Numbered from the stretch's first letter, positions 22,182 to 32,060 are shown. The stretch: 64,000 nucleotides of DNA from an uncultured Clostridia bacterium (GCA_947589595.1 CANQBV010000001.1:67223-131222); one strand, 5' to 3'. Notes: generated by a model from the sequence alone, not told the origin. Numbers and translations are program-made.

Positions 22182-22678
22182 TGGAAGAAGCCGAAAAAAA
22201 GGCCTGTTTGAACAAAGCGCTTGCCCGGTTGGGGCGCGGGGATCTGACCGCGCGCCAAATGATGGCGCATCTGACCGAAAAAAGGCCGGGGCGCGAGCCC
22301 TTTTCGCAGGAGGCGGCCAAAGAAACGGTCCGTTTTCTTTTGCAGCAGGGACTGCTGGACGATAAGCGCTATCTGCGCCTTCTGCTTGCCAAAATGGACG
22401 CTTCTCTCTATGGCCCCCGTAAGATCCGCGAGGAACTGAAGAAACGGAAATTTTCTCCGGCTCTCGTGGAACGCGCTTTTTCGCGCGAATTGGATCAGGC
22501 GGCGCGGGCGAAGACGCTTTTGGAAAAAGAGCGAAAAACCGGGCTTGCCCAAACGCCCGAGGGCAGAAAAAAGCTTTGCGCTTTTCTGGTGCGCAAGGGT
22601 TATGACTACGCCGCTGCAAATGCGGCGATCGCTGCGCTTCTGCGCGAAAATCCCGATTGGGAGGAAAAGGAATTTTGA
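22181..22678 (+). CDS. recX: RecA regulator RecX
   Basis: Three-repeat helical RecX pattern (LLQQGLLDDKRYLRLL..., ...FLVRKGYDY), 165 aa. TGATG overlap with prs. Confidence 0.8.
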   Translation: MEEAEKKACLNKALARLGRGDLTARQMMAHLTEKRPGREPFSQEAAKETVRFLLQQGLLDDKRYLRLLLAKMDASLYGPRKIREELKKRKFSPALVERAFSRELDQAARAKTLLEKERKTGLAQTPEGRKKLCAFLVRKGYDYAAANAAIAALLRENPDWEEKEF

Positions 22679-24009
22679 GTATCAAGGTTGGATTTGTTTC
22701 GCTGGGCTGCCCCAAAAACGAGGTGGACTGCGAAATGATGCTTGCCCGGGTCGCCCAGGCGGGGTATGAAATCGTCCCTGAGGATATTGACGCCGATGTA
22801 ATGATCGTCAATACCTGCGCGTTTATCCGCAGCGCCAAGGAAGAAGGAATCGAAAATATTCTCGATCTTGCCTGGCTGAAGGAAAACCGCTCCCTGCGCG
22901 GCATTATTTTAACAGGCTGCATGGTGCAGCGCTATTTTGAGGAAATTCAGAAGTCGCTTCCCGAAGTGGACGCGGCTCTTTCCATGGGGCAGGAGCACCG
23001 CATTACGGAAGCGATCGAAAAGGTGCTGCAGGGTGAAAAATGCTTTTGGATCAATGAACCGGAAAAGCAGGTCACCGAGGGCGACCGCGCGCTCATGCAC
23101 GAGCATTTTGCCTATCTTCGCATTGCCGACGGCTGCGACAACGGCTGTACCTACTGCGCTATCCCGCAGATTCGCGGCGTGTATCGCTCCCGACGGATGG
23201 AGGATATTCTCAAGGAGGCGAAAACGCTTTCCGAAATGGGGATCAAAGAGCTCTGCATCGTCGCGCAGGACACCACGCTTTACGGGATCGATCTGTACGG
23301 CAAATACGCGCTCGCCGAGCTTTGCGAAAAGCTGGCTGCAGAAGAATACGGTTTCACCTGGATCCGCCTTTTGTATTGCTACCCCGATAAAATTACCGAT
23401 GAATTGATCGAGGTCATGGCAAAGCATGATACTATTTGTAAATATCTCGATATTCCCATCCAGCATATTTCCGATTCTGTTTTAGCGGATATGAACCGCC
23501 GCGGCGGCAGAGCGGAAATCGAGGACTGCGTGCGTCGTCTGCGCGCCGCTATGCCGGAAATCGTGCTGCGCACTACCGTAATGGTAGGCTTCCCCGGCGA
23601 AAAGGCCAAGGATTTTTCCGAACTTTGCCGCTACGTCAAGGAAGGACACTTCCAGCGGCTGGCCGCTTTTGCCTATTCCCGCGAGGAGGGGACCCCCGCT
23701 TATTTCATGCCGGGGCAGGTCAACGAAAAGACCAAGCAGGTGCGGCTGGATTCGGTCATGCAGGCGCAGTACGGCGTCGCCGAAGCGTATAACCGAAGCC
23801 TTATCGGCAGGAAAATGAAGATCCTCTGCGAAGGCTACGACCCGGTTTCCGAGCGCTTTTTCGGCAGGAGCGAATTCCACGCCCCCGAAATTGACGGCGA
23901 GGTTTATTTTACCTCCGGCCGCAAGGTGCCGTGCGGGAAATTTGTCACCGTGCTGATCCAGGAAAGCATGGATTACGATTTATTTGGAAAAGAGGTTCGC
24001 GATGAATGA
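22675..24009 (+). CDS. rimO: Ribosomal protein S12 methylthiotransferase RimO
   Basis: UPF0004 N-domain VSLGCPKNEVD, radical-SAM CDNGCTYC, C-terminal TRAM domain. The start is either TTG 22675 or TTG 22657, both near GGAGGAAAAGG. Confidence 0.9.
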   Translation: MSIKVGFVSLGCPKNEVDCEMMLARVAQAGYEIVPEDIDADVMIVNTCAFIRSAKEEGIENILDLAWLKENRSLRGIILTGCMVQRYFEEIQKSLPEVDAALSMGQEHRITEAIEKVLQGEKCFWINEPEKQVTEGDRALMHEHFAYLRIADGCDNGCTYCAIPQIRGVYRSRRMEDILKEAKTLSEMGIKELCIVAQDTTLYGIDLYGKYALAELCEKLAAEEYGFTWIRLLYCYPDKITDELIEVMAKHDTICKYLDIPIQHISDSVLADMNRRGGRAEIEDCVRRLRAAMPEIVLRTTVMVGFPGEKAKDFSELCRYVKEGHFQRLAAFAYSREEGTPAYFMPGQVNEKTKQVRLDSVMQAQYGVAEAYNRSLIGRKMKILCEGYDPVSERFFGRSEFHAPEIDGEVYFTSGRKVPCGKFVTVLIQESMDYDLFGKEVRDE

Positions 24010-24611
24010 ATCTGCCCAATCGATTGACAGTGCTGAGGATCCTTTTGGTCCCGGTCTTTATGGTCTTTCTTTTGCTTTGTTTGCCCGGAACTTACGGAGA
24101 AATCGTTTCGCGCCTGTTAGCGGCGGCCTTGTTCGGGGCGGCGGCGATCACCGATTTTGCCGACGGCAAAATCGCGCGCAGCCGGAATCTGATCACTGAT
24201 TTCGGAAAATTTTTAGATCCCCTTGCCGATAAATTTATGATTTTCGGCGCGATTTTGGGCTTTTGTTCTTCGGCTATGTACCGCGCATCGGCGGCGCTTC
24301 ATTTGGGCTTTGTTATCTGCGGCGCGGTGGTGATTTTCCGCGAGCTGGCCGTCACAAGCCTGCGGCTTGTGGTCTCTACCTCAAAAAAACCGGTGGTAAT
24401 CGCCGCCAGCTGGTACGGCAAAGCCAAAACCGTTTCCCAGTGCGTTTGGGTGGTGGCCACCATTTTAGAGCCGGTTCTGATGGCGTTTGTACCCTTTTGG
24501 AGCATTCCGTTCCTTTCTTGGGCGACCCTGTTTGTTATGACAGGGCTGACGGTGTTTTCCGGCGTGGATTATATGAAACAGTATTGGGGCTATCTCGACC
24601 CCACGAAATGA
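24006..24611 (+). CDS. pgsA: CDP-diacylglycerol-glycerol-3-phosphate 3-phosphatidyltransferase
   Basis: CDP-alcohol phosphatidyltransferase motif DFADGKIAR...GKFLDPLADK. ATGA overlap with rimO. Confidence 0.93.
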   Translation: MNLPNRLTVLRILLVPVFMVFLLLCLPGTYGEIVSRLLAAALFGAAAITDFADGKIARSRNLITDFGKFLDPLADKFMIFGAILGFCSSAMYRASAALHLGFVICGAVVIFRELAVTSLRLVVSTSKKPVVIAASWYGKAKTVSQCVWVVATILEPVLMAFVPFWSIPFLSWATLFVMTGLTVFSGVDYMKQYWGYLDPTK

Positions 24612-24627
24612 AAACAAGGAGAGGTCT

Positions 24628-26034
24628 ATGAAACTCTATAACACCCTTTCCGCGCGGAAAGAAGATTTTGTCGTGCAGGATCACCACGTCCGTATGTATG
24701 CCTGCGGGCCGACGGTTTATAACTATTTTCACGTGGGCAACGCCCGCGCTTTTGTGACTTTCGACCTTTTGCGCCGTTATCTGGAATATCGCGGCAACCG
24801 TGTGGATTTCGTGCAGAATTTCACCGACGTCGACGATAAAATGATCAAGCGTGCCCAGGAAGAGGGCACCTCTGTCAAGGACGTAGCGGAGCGCTATATC
24901 AAGGAATACGAAATCGATGCCGCCGGGCTTGGCATCCATCCGGCGACCGTGCATCCCCGCGCGACCGAGAATATCGATTCGATTATTCATATCATTTCCC
25001 TTTTGATTGAAAAAGGCCACGCCTATGAATCCGGCGGGGACGTTTACTACGCCGCCCGCAGCTTTCGCGGCTACGGCAAGCTTTCCGGCAAAAATGTGGA
25101 CGATCTGGAAAGCGGCGCCCGCATCAGCGTTTCCGAAATCAAGCGCGATCCGCTGGATTTTGCGCTCTGGAAAGCCGCAAAGCCCGGGGAACCCTCCTGG
25201 GATTCCCCCTGGGGCAAGGGCAGACCCGGCTGGCATATTGAATGCTCCGCCATGGTCGACCGCTATTTGGGCAAAAGCATCGATATCCATTGCGGCGGTG
25301 TGGATTTGACTTTTCCGCACCACGAAAACGAGATCGCCCAGTCCGAGGGCGCTTTCGGCGTACCGTTTGCCCGCTTTTGGCTGCACAATGGCTTTATCAA
25401 CGTCGACAATAAAAAAATGTCCAAATCGCTCGGAAATTTCTTCACCGTGCGCGACGCGGCGAAGGTTTACGGCTATCCCGCGATTCGCTATTTCATTCTT
25501 TCCGCGCATTACAGAAGCCCGGTGAATTTTTCCGCCGAAATTTTAAAGCAGGCGCAGAACTCCGTGCAGCGCCTCTACCACTGCGAAGAAAACCTGCGCT
25601 ACCTGGAAAAGAATTCCGAGGGCGACGCCCTTTCCGCTGAGGAAGCGGCGCACCTTGCACTTTTGGAGGAAAAGCGCGAAAAGTTTATTGCCGCCATGGA
25701 GGACGATCTCAACACCGCAGACGGCCTGGCCGCCCTGTTCGAAGCGGTCAAGGAGATCAATATTTTTGTCACCGAAAAGCGCAGCCGCGCCGCCCTCCGC
25801 GCGATCCTGGCCTTTTATGAGGAAATCTGCGGCCTGATGGGCTTTTTGAAGCCAGAAGAAAAAAAAGAAGAAAACGCGCTCTCCGAGGAAAAGATCGTTG
25901 CGCTGGTCGAGGAAAGAAGCCTCTGCAAAAAGGAAAAGAATTTCCGGCGTGCCGATGAGATCCGCGCCTACCTTGCGGAAAACGGCATTGTCATTGAAGA
26001 CACACCCCTGGGCGCAAAATGGCGCCGAGCCTGA
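24628..26034 (+). CDS. cysS: Cysteine-tRNA ligase
   Basis: HVGNAR (HIGH) and KMSKS motifs, 468 aa, AAGGAGAGG RBS. Confidence 0.98.
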   Translation: MKLYNTLSARKEDFVVQDHHVRMYACGPTVYNYFHVGNARAFVTFDLLRRYLEYRGNRVDFVQNFTDVDDKMIKRAQEEGTSVKDVAERYIKEYEIDAAGLGIHPATVHPRATENIDSIIHIISLLIEKGHAYESGGDVYYAARSFRGYGKLSGKNVDDLESGARISVSEIKRDPLDFALWKAAKPGEPSWDSPWGKGRPGWHIECSAMVDRYLGKSIDIHCGGVDLTFPHHENEIAQSEGAFGVPFARFWLHNGFINVDNKKMSKSLGNFFTVRDAAKVYGYPAIRYFILSAHYRSPVNFSAEILKQAQNSVQRLYHCEENLRYLEKNSEGDALSAEEAAHLALLEEKREKFIAAMEDDLNTADGLAALFEAVKEINIFVTEKRSRAALRAILAFYEEICGLMGFLKPEEKKEENALSEEKIVALVEERSLCKKEKNFRRADEIRAYLAENGIVIEDTPLGAKWRRA

Positions 26035-26079
26035 GCGCCTTTTTTGATTTTTTACAAACGAAGCCGAAAGGAGAAAGTC

Positions 26080-27402
26080 ATGTTCCGGAAGATCGATAAA
26101 AAATATCTCGCCATTTTTCTCACGGTTGCCGCTTGTATTTGCTTTGCTTTTCTTTTGCAGAATCTTTCTGCGATCGGAAAGGCGATTGGGGCGCTGGCGA
26201 AAATATCCACCCCCATTGTTTACGGCTTTGTGATCGCTTATTTGCTGTTTCCGGTTTTAAAATTCTGCGAAAATGGTTTTTCCCGGCTTGCCCGTAAAAA
26301 ACCGCTGAAAAAGAAAACGCTCCGCGCGCTTTCCATGCTTGCCACCTATTTGATCGCGCTGATCGTGATCGGCATTTTCGTTCTGATTGTCGCGCCGCAG
26401 GTCATTTCCAGCGTTTCGGCACTGGTTTCCAACTTTTCGGAGTATTCCTCCAGCTTTGCCGCGTGGGCGGATGGGATCATTGGCAGAGTACAGTCGCTAT
26501 CAAACGGGGAATCGTTCTGGTCAGCGCCGCTCAGCAGCCTTTTGGAAAGCGGAGAGTCGATCATTCGCGACGCGGCTTCAATGCTGGTTTCTTCTTTCCC
26601 GAACGTAATTTCCTTTGTGACGAGTTTCACTACCACGATCGGCTATTTTGTGATCGGCGTGGTGATCTCCATTTATATGCTCTTTGACAAGGAAATGCTC
26701 GTCGCCCGTCTGAAAAAATTCACCTATGCCGTTCTGCCGAAAAAAGGCGCGGATACCACGGTGCTCTTTTTCCGCGATATCGATGAAAGCGTGGGCGGTT
26801 TTATCAATTCCAAGCTTTTGGATAGCCTGATCGTCGGCGTCGGATCTTATTTTATCTTTCTGATCGCCGGCATCAAATTTCCGGCGCTGATCGCCGTGAT
26901 CATCGGTGTGACCAATATTATTCCCGTGTTCGGGCCGATCATCGGCGCAATCCCCAGCGGACTTTTGCTTTTGATCGTCGAACCGCGCAAGGTGATTTTG
27001 TTTATCATCCTCATCATTATCATTCAGCAGATCGACGGCAACGTCCTCGGGCCGAAGCTCATTGGCCGCGCCACCGGCGTTTCCGGCTTTTGGGTTATGG
27101 TTTCGCTCACGGTTGCCGGCGGGCTGTTCGGGATCTGGGGCATGGTTCTGGCCGTGCCGGTATTCTCGCTGCTGTACCGTCTGGTAAAGAGCGCCGTCAA
27201 CGCACGCCTTACTCAAAAAGAAATGGCCGCCGATACCGCTTATTATATGGATTATCCGCCGATGCTGCCGAAAGAAGCACAAAAACCAAATCAAAAGAAG
27301 TTCCGCTTCCTGCAGGGACTGCGCCGGAAAAAGAAAAAGCAAGCGGCGCCGGAGGAAAAAACGGAAGTCTCTGAAACGGAAGAATCCCATGATCCAAGCT
27401 GA
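26080..27402 (+). CDS. AI-2E family transporter (PerM/UPF0118 permease)
   Basis: Multi-TM protein with the NIIPVFGPIIGAIP segment typical of the family. ATG at 26080 follows AAAGGAGAAAG. Confidence 0.85.
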   Translation: MFRKIDKKYLAIFLTVAACICFAFLLQNLSAIGKAIGALAKISTPIVYGFVIAYLLFPVLKFCENGFSRLARKKPLKKKTLRALSMLATYLIALIVIGIFVLIVAPQVISSVSALVSNFSEYSSSFAAWADGIIGRVQSLSNGESFWSAPLSSLLESGESIIRDAASMLVSSFPNVISFVTSFTTTIGYFVIGVVISIYMLFDKEMLVARLKKFTYAVLPKKGADTTVLFFRDIDESVGGFINSKLLDSLIVGVGSYFIFLIAGIKFPALIAVIIGVTNIIPVFGPIIGAIPSGLLLLIVEPRKVILFIILIIIIQQIDGNVLGPKLIGRATGVSGFWVMVSLTVAGGLFGIWGMVLAVPVFSLLYRLVKSAVNARLTQKEMAADTAYYMDYPPMLPKEAQKPNQKKFRFLQGLRRKKKKQAAPEEKTEVSETEESHDPS

Positions 27403-28645
27403 AATTCTCTCGGTCGGAACCGAGCTTTTGCTCGGCAATATTGTCGATACCAACCAGGCGTTTCTTTCCGCAGAGCTTGCCAAAATCGGGATCGCGGTCT
27501 ATCACCGCCAAACCTGCGGCGACAACCGCGAACGTCTGGAGGACGCGGTTCGCCTGGCGCTGAGCCGTTCGGAGCTTGTGCTCATTACCGGCGGGCTCGG
27601 CCCGACGTATGATGATATTACCAAAGAAACGGTGGCGTCTGTTTTGCAGCTCCCCTTGGAGGAAAACGCCGCCGTCGCTGAAAAGCTGCGCGCCTTTTTT
27701 GCCGCGTTGGGAAGAGAAATGACGCCGAACAATCTTTCTCAGGCGCTGATCCCCAAGGGAGCTGCGATCCTTGAAAACGATTGGGGAACGGCACCGGGAA
27801 TCTGGATCGAAAAGGACGGGCGTACCGTTGTTATGATGCCCGGCGTCCCGCGCGAAATGAAACCCATGTACCGCGAACGGGTGGCGCCGCTTTTGCAGAA
27901 AAGGAGCGGCGTGGTGCTGCATTCCGTGACACTGCATCTTTACGGCATCGGCGAAAGTGACGTGGACGCCGTTTTGCGTCATGAAATGGAAACCGGCTGC
28001 AATCCCACGATTGCGCCCTATGCCAAAGAAGGGGAAGTGGAGCTACGCATTACCGCAAAGGCCGAAAAAATCGAAGAAGCGGAGCGTCTTTGCCGGGAGA
28101 CTGAGCGGAATTTATTTGCGAAATTGGGGCAGTTTATTTACAGCGACCGGGATCGAAAGCTGCATGAAGTGCTGATCGAGCGCTTTTGCCGGGGAAAAAA
28201 CACCCTGGCGCTTGCCGAAGGCTTTACCGGCGGAAAAATGGCCGCAGCGCTCTGTCAAACGGAAAATGCTTTTTCTGTTTTCAAAGGCGGCGTGGTTTTC
28301 GACCCCGAAAACGCGCCGGAAGCGGTATTTGGGAGCGGCCGTGCTTCGGACAGCCCCGAAGAATACGTTCTGCATCTGGCACAACAGGTGCGGGAAAAGT
28401 TTCAAACGACGGCGGCTCTGGCTGTGATCGGCACGCTCGACCCGGAAAAAGCGACCGCAGAAATGCCGTTTGGCACGGGCGTGATCGCCGCGGTGTACCG
28501 CGACCGGAAAATCTGCCGGCGTTTTCAATTTTCACGCGGCATAAAAGAAAAAGAATATCTTCGCACCCTCGCAAGTCTGCGCTCCATGGCGACTCTTCTG
28601 CAGATCACCGGCCTTTTTTGTGAAAAACCGCCCGAAAAGGAATGA
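27389..28645 (+). CDS. cinA: Competence/damage-inducible protein CinA (MoCF-binding N-domain plus PncC-like NMN deamidase C-domain)
   Basis: N-terminus MIQAEILSVGTELLLGNIVDTN, 418 aa, two-domain layout. Confidence 0.92.
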   Translation: MIQAEILSVGTELLLGNIVDTNQAFLSAELAKIGIAVYHRQTCGDNRERLEDAVRLALSRSELVLITGGLGPTYDDITKETVASVLQLPLEENAAVAEKLRAFFAALGREMTPNNLSQALIPKGAAILENDWGTAPGIWIEKDGRTVVMMPGVPREMKPMYRERVAPLLQKRSGVVLHSVTLHLYGIGESDVDAVLRHEMETGCNPTIAPYAKEGEVELRITAKAEKIEEAERLCRETERNLFAKLGQFIYSDRDRKLHEVLIERFCRGKNTLALAEGFTGGKMAAALCQTENAFSVFKGGVVFDPENAPEAVFGSGRASDSPEEYVLHLAQQVREKFQTTAALAVIGTLDPEKATAEMPFGTGVIAAVYRDRKICRRFQFSRGIKEKEYLRTLASLRSMATLLQITGLFCEKPPEKE

Positions 28646-28661
28646 TTTTTTCAAAAAATAC

Positions 28662-28689
28662 TTGCATTTTGAATTTTATTTGGTATAAT
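28662..28689 (+). promoter_or_regulatory. Near-consensus sigma-A promoter of ptsH
   Basis: TTGCAT (28662-28667), 16-nt spacer, TGgTATAAT extended -10 (28681-28689). Confidence 0.75.
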
Positions 28690-28745
28690 GGATACTAGTA
28701 TTTCTGTTTTGTCATTGGTTTCGAACGTTCTGTTAGGAGTTTGTT

Positions 28746-29009
28746 ATGATTTCAAAGGAAATTACCGTTCTGAATAGCGTCGGCCTCCACGCCAGACCGG
28801 CAACCTATTTTATTCAAAAGGCCAATAGCTATAAAAGCTCTCTCTGGGTAGAATGCGGCGATCGCAGAGCCAACGCCAAATCCCTTTTGGGCATTCTCTC
28901 ACTTGGGATCACAAAAGGAACCCGCATACGGGTAATTGCAGACGGCCAGGATGAAGCCGATGCCATTGAAGGCTTGACAAACCTGATTCTCGCCGGTTTT
29001 AACGATTAA
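28746..29009 (+). CDS. ptsH: Phosphocarrier protein HPr
   Basis: His-15 site GLHARPA and Ser-46 site KSLLGIL, 87 aa. Confidence 0.93.
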   Translation: MISKEITVLNSVGLHARPATYFIQKANSYKSSLWVECGDRRANAKSLLGILSLGITKGTRIRVIADGQDEADAIEGLTNLILAGFND

Positions 29010-29016
29010 ATTTGAA

Positions 29017-29050
29017 GCCGTCATTCTTTGGAGAATGACGGCATTTTTTT
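29017..29050 (+). terminator. Rho-independent terminator of ptsH
   Basis: Stem GCCGTCATTCT (29017-29027) / AGAATGACGGC (29032-29042) with a 4-nt loop, followed by a T7 run. Confidence 0.9.
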
Positions 29051-29073
29051 ATTCAAATCCATTAGGAGCGGTC

Positions 29074-30951
29074 ATGCAGGAATATATTCCCCAGATCCTT
29101 ACCAAGGAAAAAATGCTGGAAAAAGCAAAGCTCTTGCCGCGGCTTCCCGGCGTGTACCTTTTTTTTGATAAAAGCGGCACCATTCTCTATGTCGGGAAAT
29201 CCAAAGCGCTGCACAACCGGGTACTGAGCTATTTGCAGAACATCGGTAAGCACCCGCCGAAAACCGAAAAGCTGGTTTCACAGGCGGTGGATTTTCAGAC
29301 CATTGTTACCGAAACGGAAGCGGAAGCGCTGATTCTGGAAAACGAAAAGATCAAGCTGCACCAGCCCAAATTCAATATCCGGCTGAAGGACGATAAAAAT
29401 TACCCCTATATCCGGCTTTCGCTGGGAGAAAGCTATCCGCGACTTTCCTTTGCGCGCCGCCGCGAATCGAAAAAGAAAGAAAAATCCAAGTATTTCGGTC
29501 CCTATTCCTCGGCGGGAGCGGTGCATACGATCATTGATCTTGCCAATAAAATTTTTGCCCTGCCTACCTGCAAGCGGTCTTTCCCGCGGGAGATCGGCCG
29601 GGAAAAGCCGTGCCTCTATTTCCACCTGAACCGCTGCTGCGGGGTTTGTACGGGCGCAGTTTCCGAGGAAGAATACGCCAAAAAAATAGATGAAGTGATC
29701 GCCTTTTTAAAAAGCGATTATACCCGGGTTTCCAAAAACCTTACCGCGCAAATGGAAGAAGCCGCCGAAAACCTGGATTTTGAACGTGCGGCGAAACTGC
29801 GCGATCATATCCGCGCGCTGTCCCGTCTTTCCGAAAACCGCCAGATCGTGAAGGATCTTTCTTTCGACGCCGACGTGTTCGGCCTGTATGCTGATGATCT
29901 GGGCGGCGCTGTCAACCAGCTTTCCGTGCGGGAGGGCAGGGTCGTGGACAGCATTCACTTTCACTTCGGCGCCGACGAGATCGTCAGCGCGGAAAACTTT
30001 TCCTCATTTTTGCTGGAGCTCTATCGCGGGCGTGATTTTCTGCCCCGACAGATCATGCTGCCGCCCGAGCTGTTTGGGGAGGACGTGGAGCTTCTTTCCG
30101 AAATTCTGCAGGAAAAGCGCGGCGCTTCTGTAAAGATCGTCTGCCCGGAACGGGGAAACGGTAAAAAAATCGTCGCTCTAGCTGCGGAAAATGCACGGGA
30201 GGCTAGTCTGCACCGCCGTGCCATGCTCGAAAAAGATGAGGAGGTACTGGTGGAACTGGCTTCGCTTTTGCAATTGGAAGTGCTGCCGGAGCGTATTGAA
30301 AGCATCGATATTTCCGGTTCCGGCAATGACTTTTTGACCGCTTCCATCATTACCGTTCAGAATGCGCACTTTTCCAAGCGCGATTATAAAAGCTTTCATC
30401 TTTCGCTTACCCAGCAGGACGACTATGCTTCCATGTACGAAGCCATTTCCCGCCGGGTGCGCCGTTTCCGCGAAGGGGATGCGGCTTTTCAACCGCTGCC
30501 GGATCTTTTCCTTGTGGACGGCGGCGTCGGGCAGGTAAGCGCCGTGCGCCGCGCATTGGCGGATCAGGGCGTTTTTGTCCCGGTGATCGGCATGGTCAAG
30601 GATTCGTTCCATAAAACCCGCGCGCTGACTGACGGGGAAAACGAATTTTCCATTGCCAAAAACGCCCGTCTGTTTCAGTTTATCTACCGCATTCAGGAGG
30701 AGGTGCACCGCTTTACGCTTTCGCGCATGGATATCCGCCGCCGGAAAAGCGTAAAAACCACCTCGCTTTCCGGGATCCCCGGAATCGGGGAGAAGAAAGC
30801 GGCGCTGCTTTTGAAACAATTCCGCACCGTCAAGGCCATCCGCGAAGCCGACGTCGAGGCGCTTTCCGCCGTAAAAGGGATCTCCCGGAAAAACGCCGAG
30901 GAAATTGTGCGGTATTTCGGCGAAAAAGAAAAACAACAAAACAGTCAATAA
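29074..30951 (+). CDS. uvrC: Excinuclease ABC subunit C
   Basis: GIY-YIG N-domain (GVYLFFDKSGTILYVGKSKAL), UvrBC-interaction region, C-terminal (HhH)2. ATG at 29074 follows TAGGAGCGG. The track start at 29035 lies inside the ptsH terminator. Confidence 0.96.
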   Translation: MQEYIPQILTKEKMLEKAKLLPRLPGVYLFFDKSGTILYVGKSKALHNRVLSYLQNIGKHPPKTEKLVSQAVDFQTIVTETEAEALILENEKIKLHQPKFNIRLKDDKNYPYIRLSLGESYPRLSFARRRESKKKEKSKYFGPYSSAGAVHTIIDLANKIFALPTCKRSFPREIGREKPCLYFHLNRCCGVCTGAVSEEEYAKKIDEVIAFLKSDYTRVSKNLTAQMEEAAENLDFERAAKLRDHIRALSRLSENRQIVKDLSFDADVFGLYADDLGGAVNQLSVREGRVVDSIHFHFGADEIVSAENFSSFLLELYRGRDFLPRQIMLPPELFGEDVELLSEILQEKRGASVKIVCPERGNGKKIVALAAENAREASLHRRAMLEKDEEVLVELASLLQLEVLPERIESIDISGSGNDFLTASIITVQNAHFSKRDYKSFHLSLTQQDDYASMYEAISRRVRRFREGDAAFQPLPDLFLVDGGVGQVSAVRRALADQGVFVPVIGMVKDSFHKTRALTDGENEFSIAKNARLFQFIYRIQEEVHRFTLSRMDIRRRKSVKTTSLSGIPGIGEKKAALLLKQFRTVKAIREADVEALSAVKGISRKNAEEIVRYFGEKEKQQNSQ

Positions 30952-30966
30952 AGGAAGAATAAAGCC

Positions 30967-31551
30967 ATGATGAGAATCATTACCGGAAAAGCCAAGGGCG
31001 TGCGCCTCGCCACCCTGCCGGGAGACAGCGTTCGTCCCACCACCGAAATGGCAAAGGAGGGCGTTTTCAGCGCGATCCAGTTTGATTTGGAAAACACCAG
31101 CTTTCTCGATCTTTTTGCCGGCAGCGGACAAATGGGGCTGGAAGCCCTGAGTCGCGGCGCCAAGGAAGCCACCTTTGTGGATTGCAGCGAGGACTCGATC
31201 GCCGTGATCCGCAAAAACGCCGAAAAAACGAGGCTCTCTTCGCAATGCCGGATCGTGCGCTCGGAATACGGCGAATATATCAAAGCCGCCGGAAAGCGCG
31301 GCAAGCAGTTCGATTTTATTTTTGCCGATCCGCCCTATGAAAAGGATCTGGCGCCGGAGCTTTTAAAGCGCCTTGTAAAGGCCGGCCTGCCCAAGCCCGG
31401 CGGACTTTTGATTTTGGAAACCGCCAATCCCGTGCTGGAAACCGAAAAAATCCCCGAAAGCGTCATGGAGCAGGTAGAAAGCATCAAGCCGTATCAGTTT
31501 TCCAAGTGCCATTTTTATTTTGTACGGATGAAAAACGAGGAAGAAGAATGA
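30967..31551 (+). CDS. rsmD: 16S rRNA (guanine966-N2)-methyltransferase RsmD
   Basis: DLFAGSGQMGLEALSRGA SAM motif and DPPY catalytic motif, 194 aa. Confidence 0.9.
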   Translation: MMRIITGKAKGVRLATLPGDSVRPTTEMAKEGVFSAIQFDLENTSFLDLFAGSGQMGLEALSRGAKEATFVDCSEDSIAVIRKNAEKTRLSSQCRIVRSEYGEYIKAAGKRGKQFDFIFADPPYEKDLAPELLKRLVKAGLPKPGGLLILETANPVLETEKIPESVMEQVESIKPYQFSKCHFYFVRMKNEEEE

Positions 31552-32021
31552 ATCGCTACGCCATTTGCCCCGGCAGCTTTGACCCTGTTACGCTCGGGCA
31601 TGAAAACATCGTCCGCCGCGCCGCCGCTATTTTCGGCAAGTGCGAGGTGCTGGTGATGAATAATGAGAATAAGGAATATCTTCTTTCCCTGCAGGATCGC
31701 TTTGAGTTGTGCCGGGCGGCCTTTGACGGAGAAGAAAATATTACGGTTTCCTGCTACGCCGGGCAGCTTTTGGATTATGTCAAGGTGCGCCCGGAGGCCG
31801 TTTTGGTAAAGGGCATCCGCAATGCGGCGGATCTTGCATACGAAAAGCCCATGTCCCTTTTTCACCGCAAGGGCTGCGGTACCGAAACCTTTTATCTCGA
31901 TGCCGAGGAAGCTTTTAAAGAAATTTCTTCTACCCGGATCCGCGCACTTCTGGCGAAAAACGGGGAAGTCGGGGCGTATTTGTCGGAAAAGGTCGTAAAA
32001 CTTTTACAGAACAAATTGTAA
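31548..32021 (+). CDS. coaD: Phosphopantetheine adenylyltransferase
   Basis: PGSFDPVTLGH nucleotidyltransferase motif. ATGA overlap with rsmD. Conserved rsmD-coaD pair. Confidence 0.93.
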   Translation: MNRYAICPGSFDPVTLGHENIVRRAAAIFGKCEVLVMNNENKEYLLSLQDRFELCRAAFDGEENITVSCYAGQLLDYVKVRPEAVLVKGIRNAADLAYEKPMSLFHRKGCGTETFYLDAEEAFKEISSTRIRALLAKNGEVGAYLSEKVVKLLQNKL

Positions 32022-32060
32022 ATAATTTGTGAACAACCCCCGGAAAATTCCAAAAAGCTA

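Noticed and set aside
22011-22922. 303-aa minus-strand ORF across the prs end, recX and the rimO start
   Set aside because: The product is Pro/Arg/Ala/Ser-rich low-complexity and crosses three sense genes and their coupled junctions. recX has a coherent helical-repeat sequence and a TGATG-coupled start. Note that this ORF is not codon-aligned with recX, so its openness is attributed to local GC richness. This rejection is slightly less certain than the others.
24612-24627. T-box leader upstream of cysS
   Set aside because: Only 16 nt separate pgsA from cysS, so there is no space for a T-box riboswitch. cysS appears to be co-transcribed with the upstream genes.
29035-29073. Track start of uvrC at 29035 and of the GT14 gene at 44971
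   Set aside because: Both alternative starts lie inside the stem-loop of the upstream rho-independent terminators. The downstream ATGs (29074 and 45016) have RBS support and give normal N-termini.
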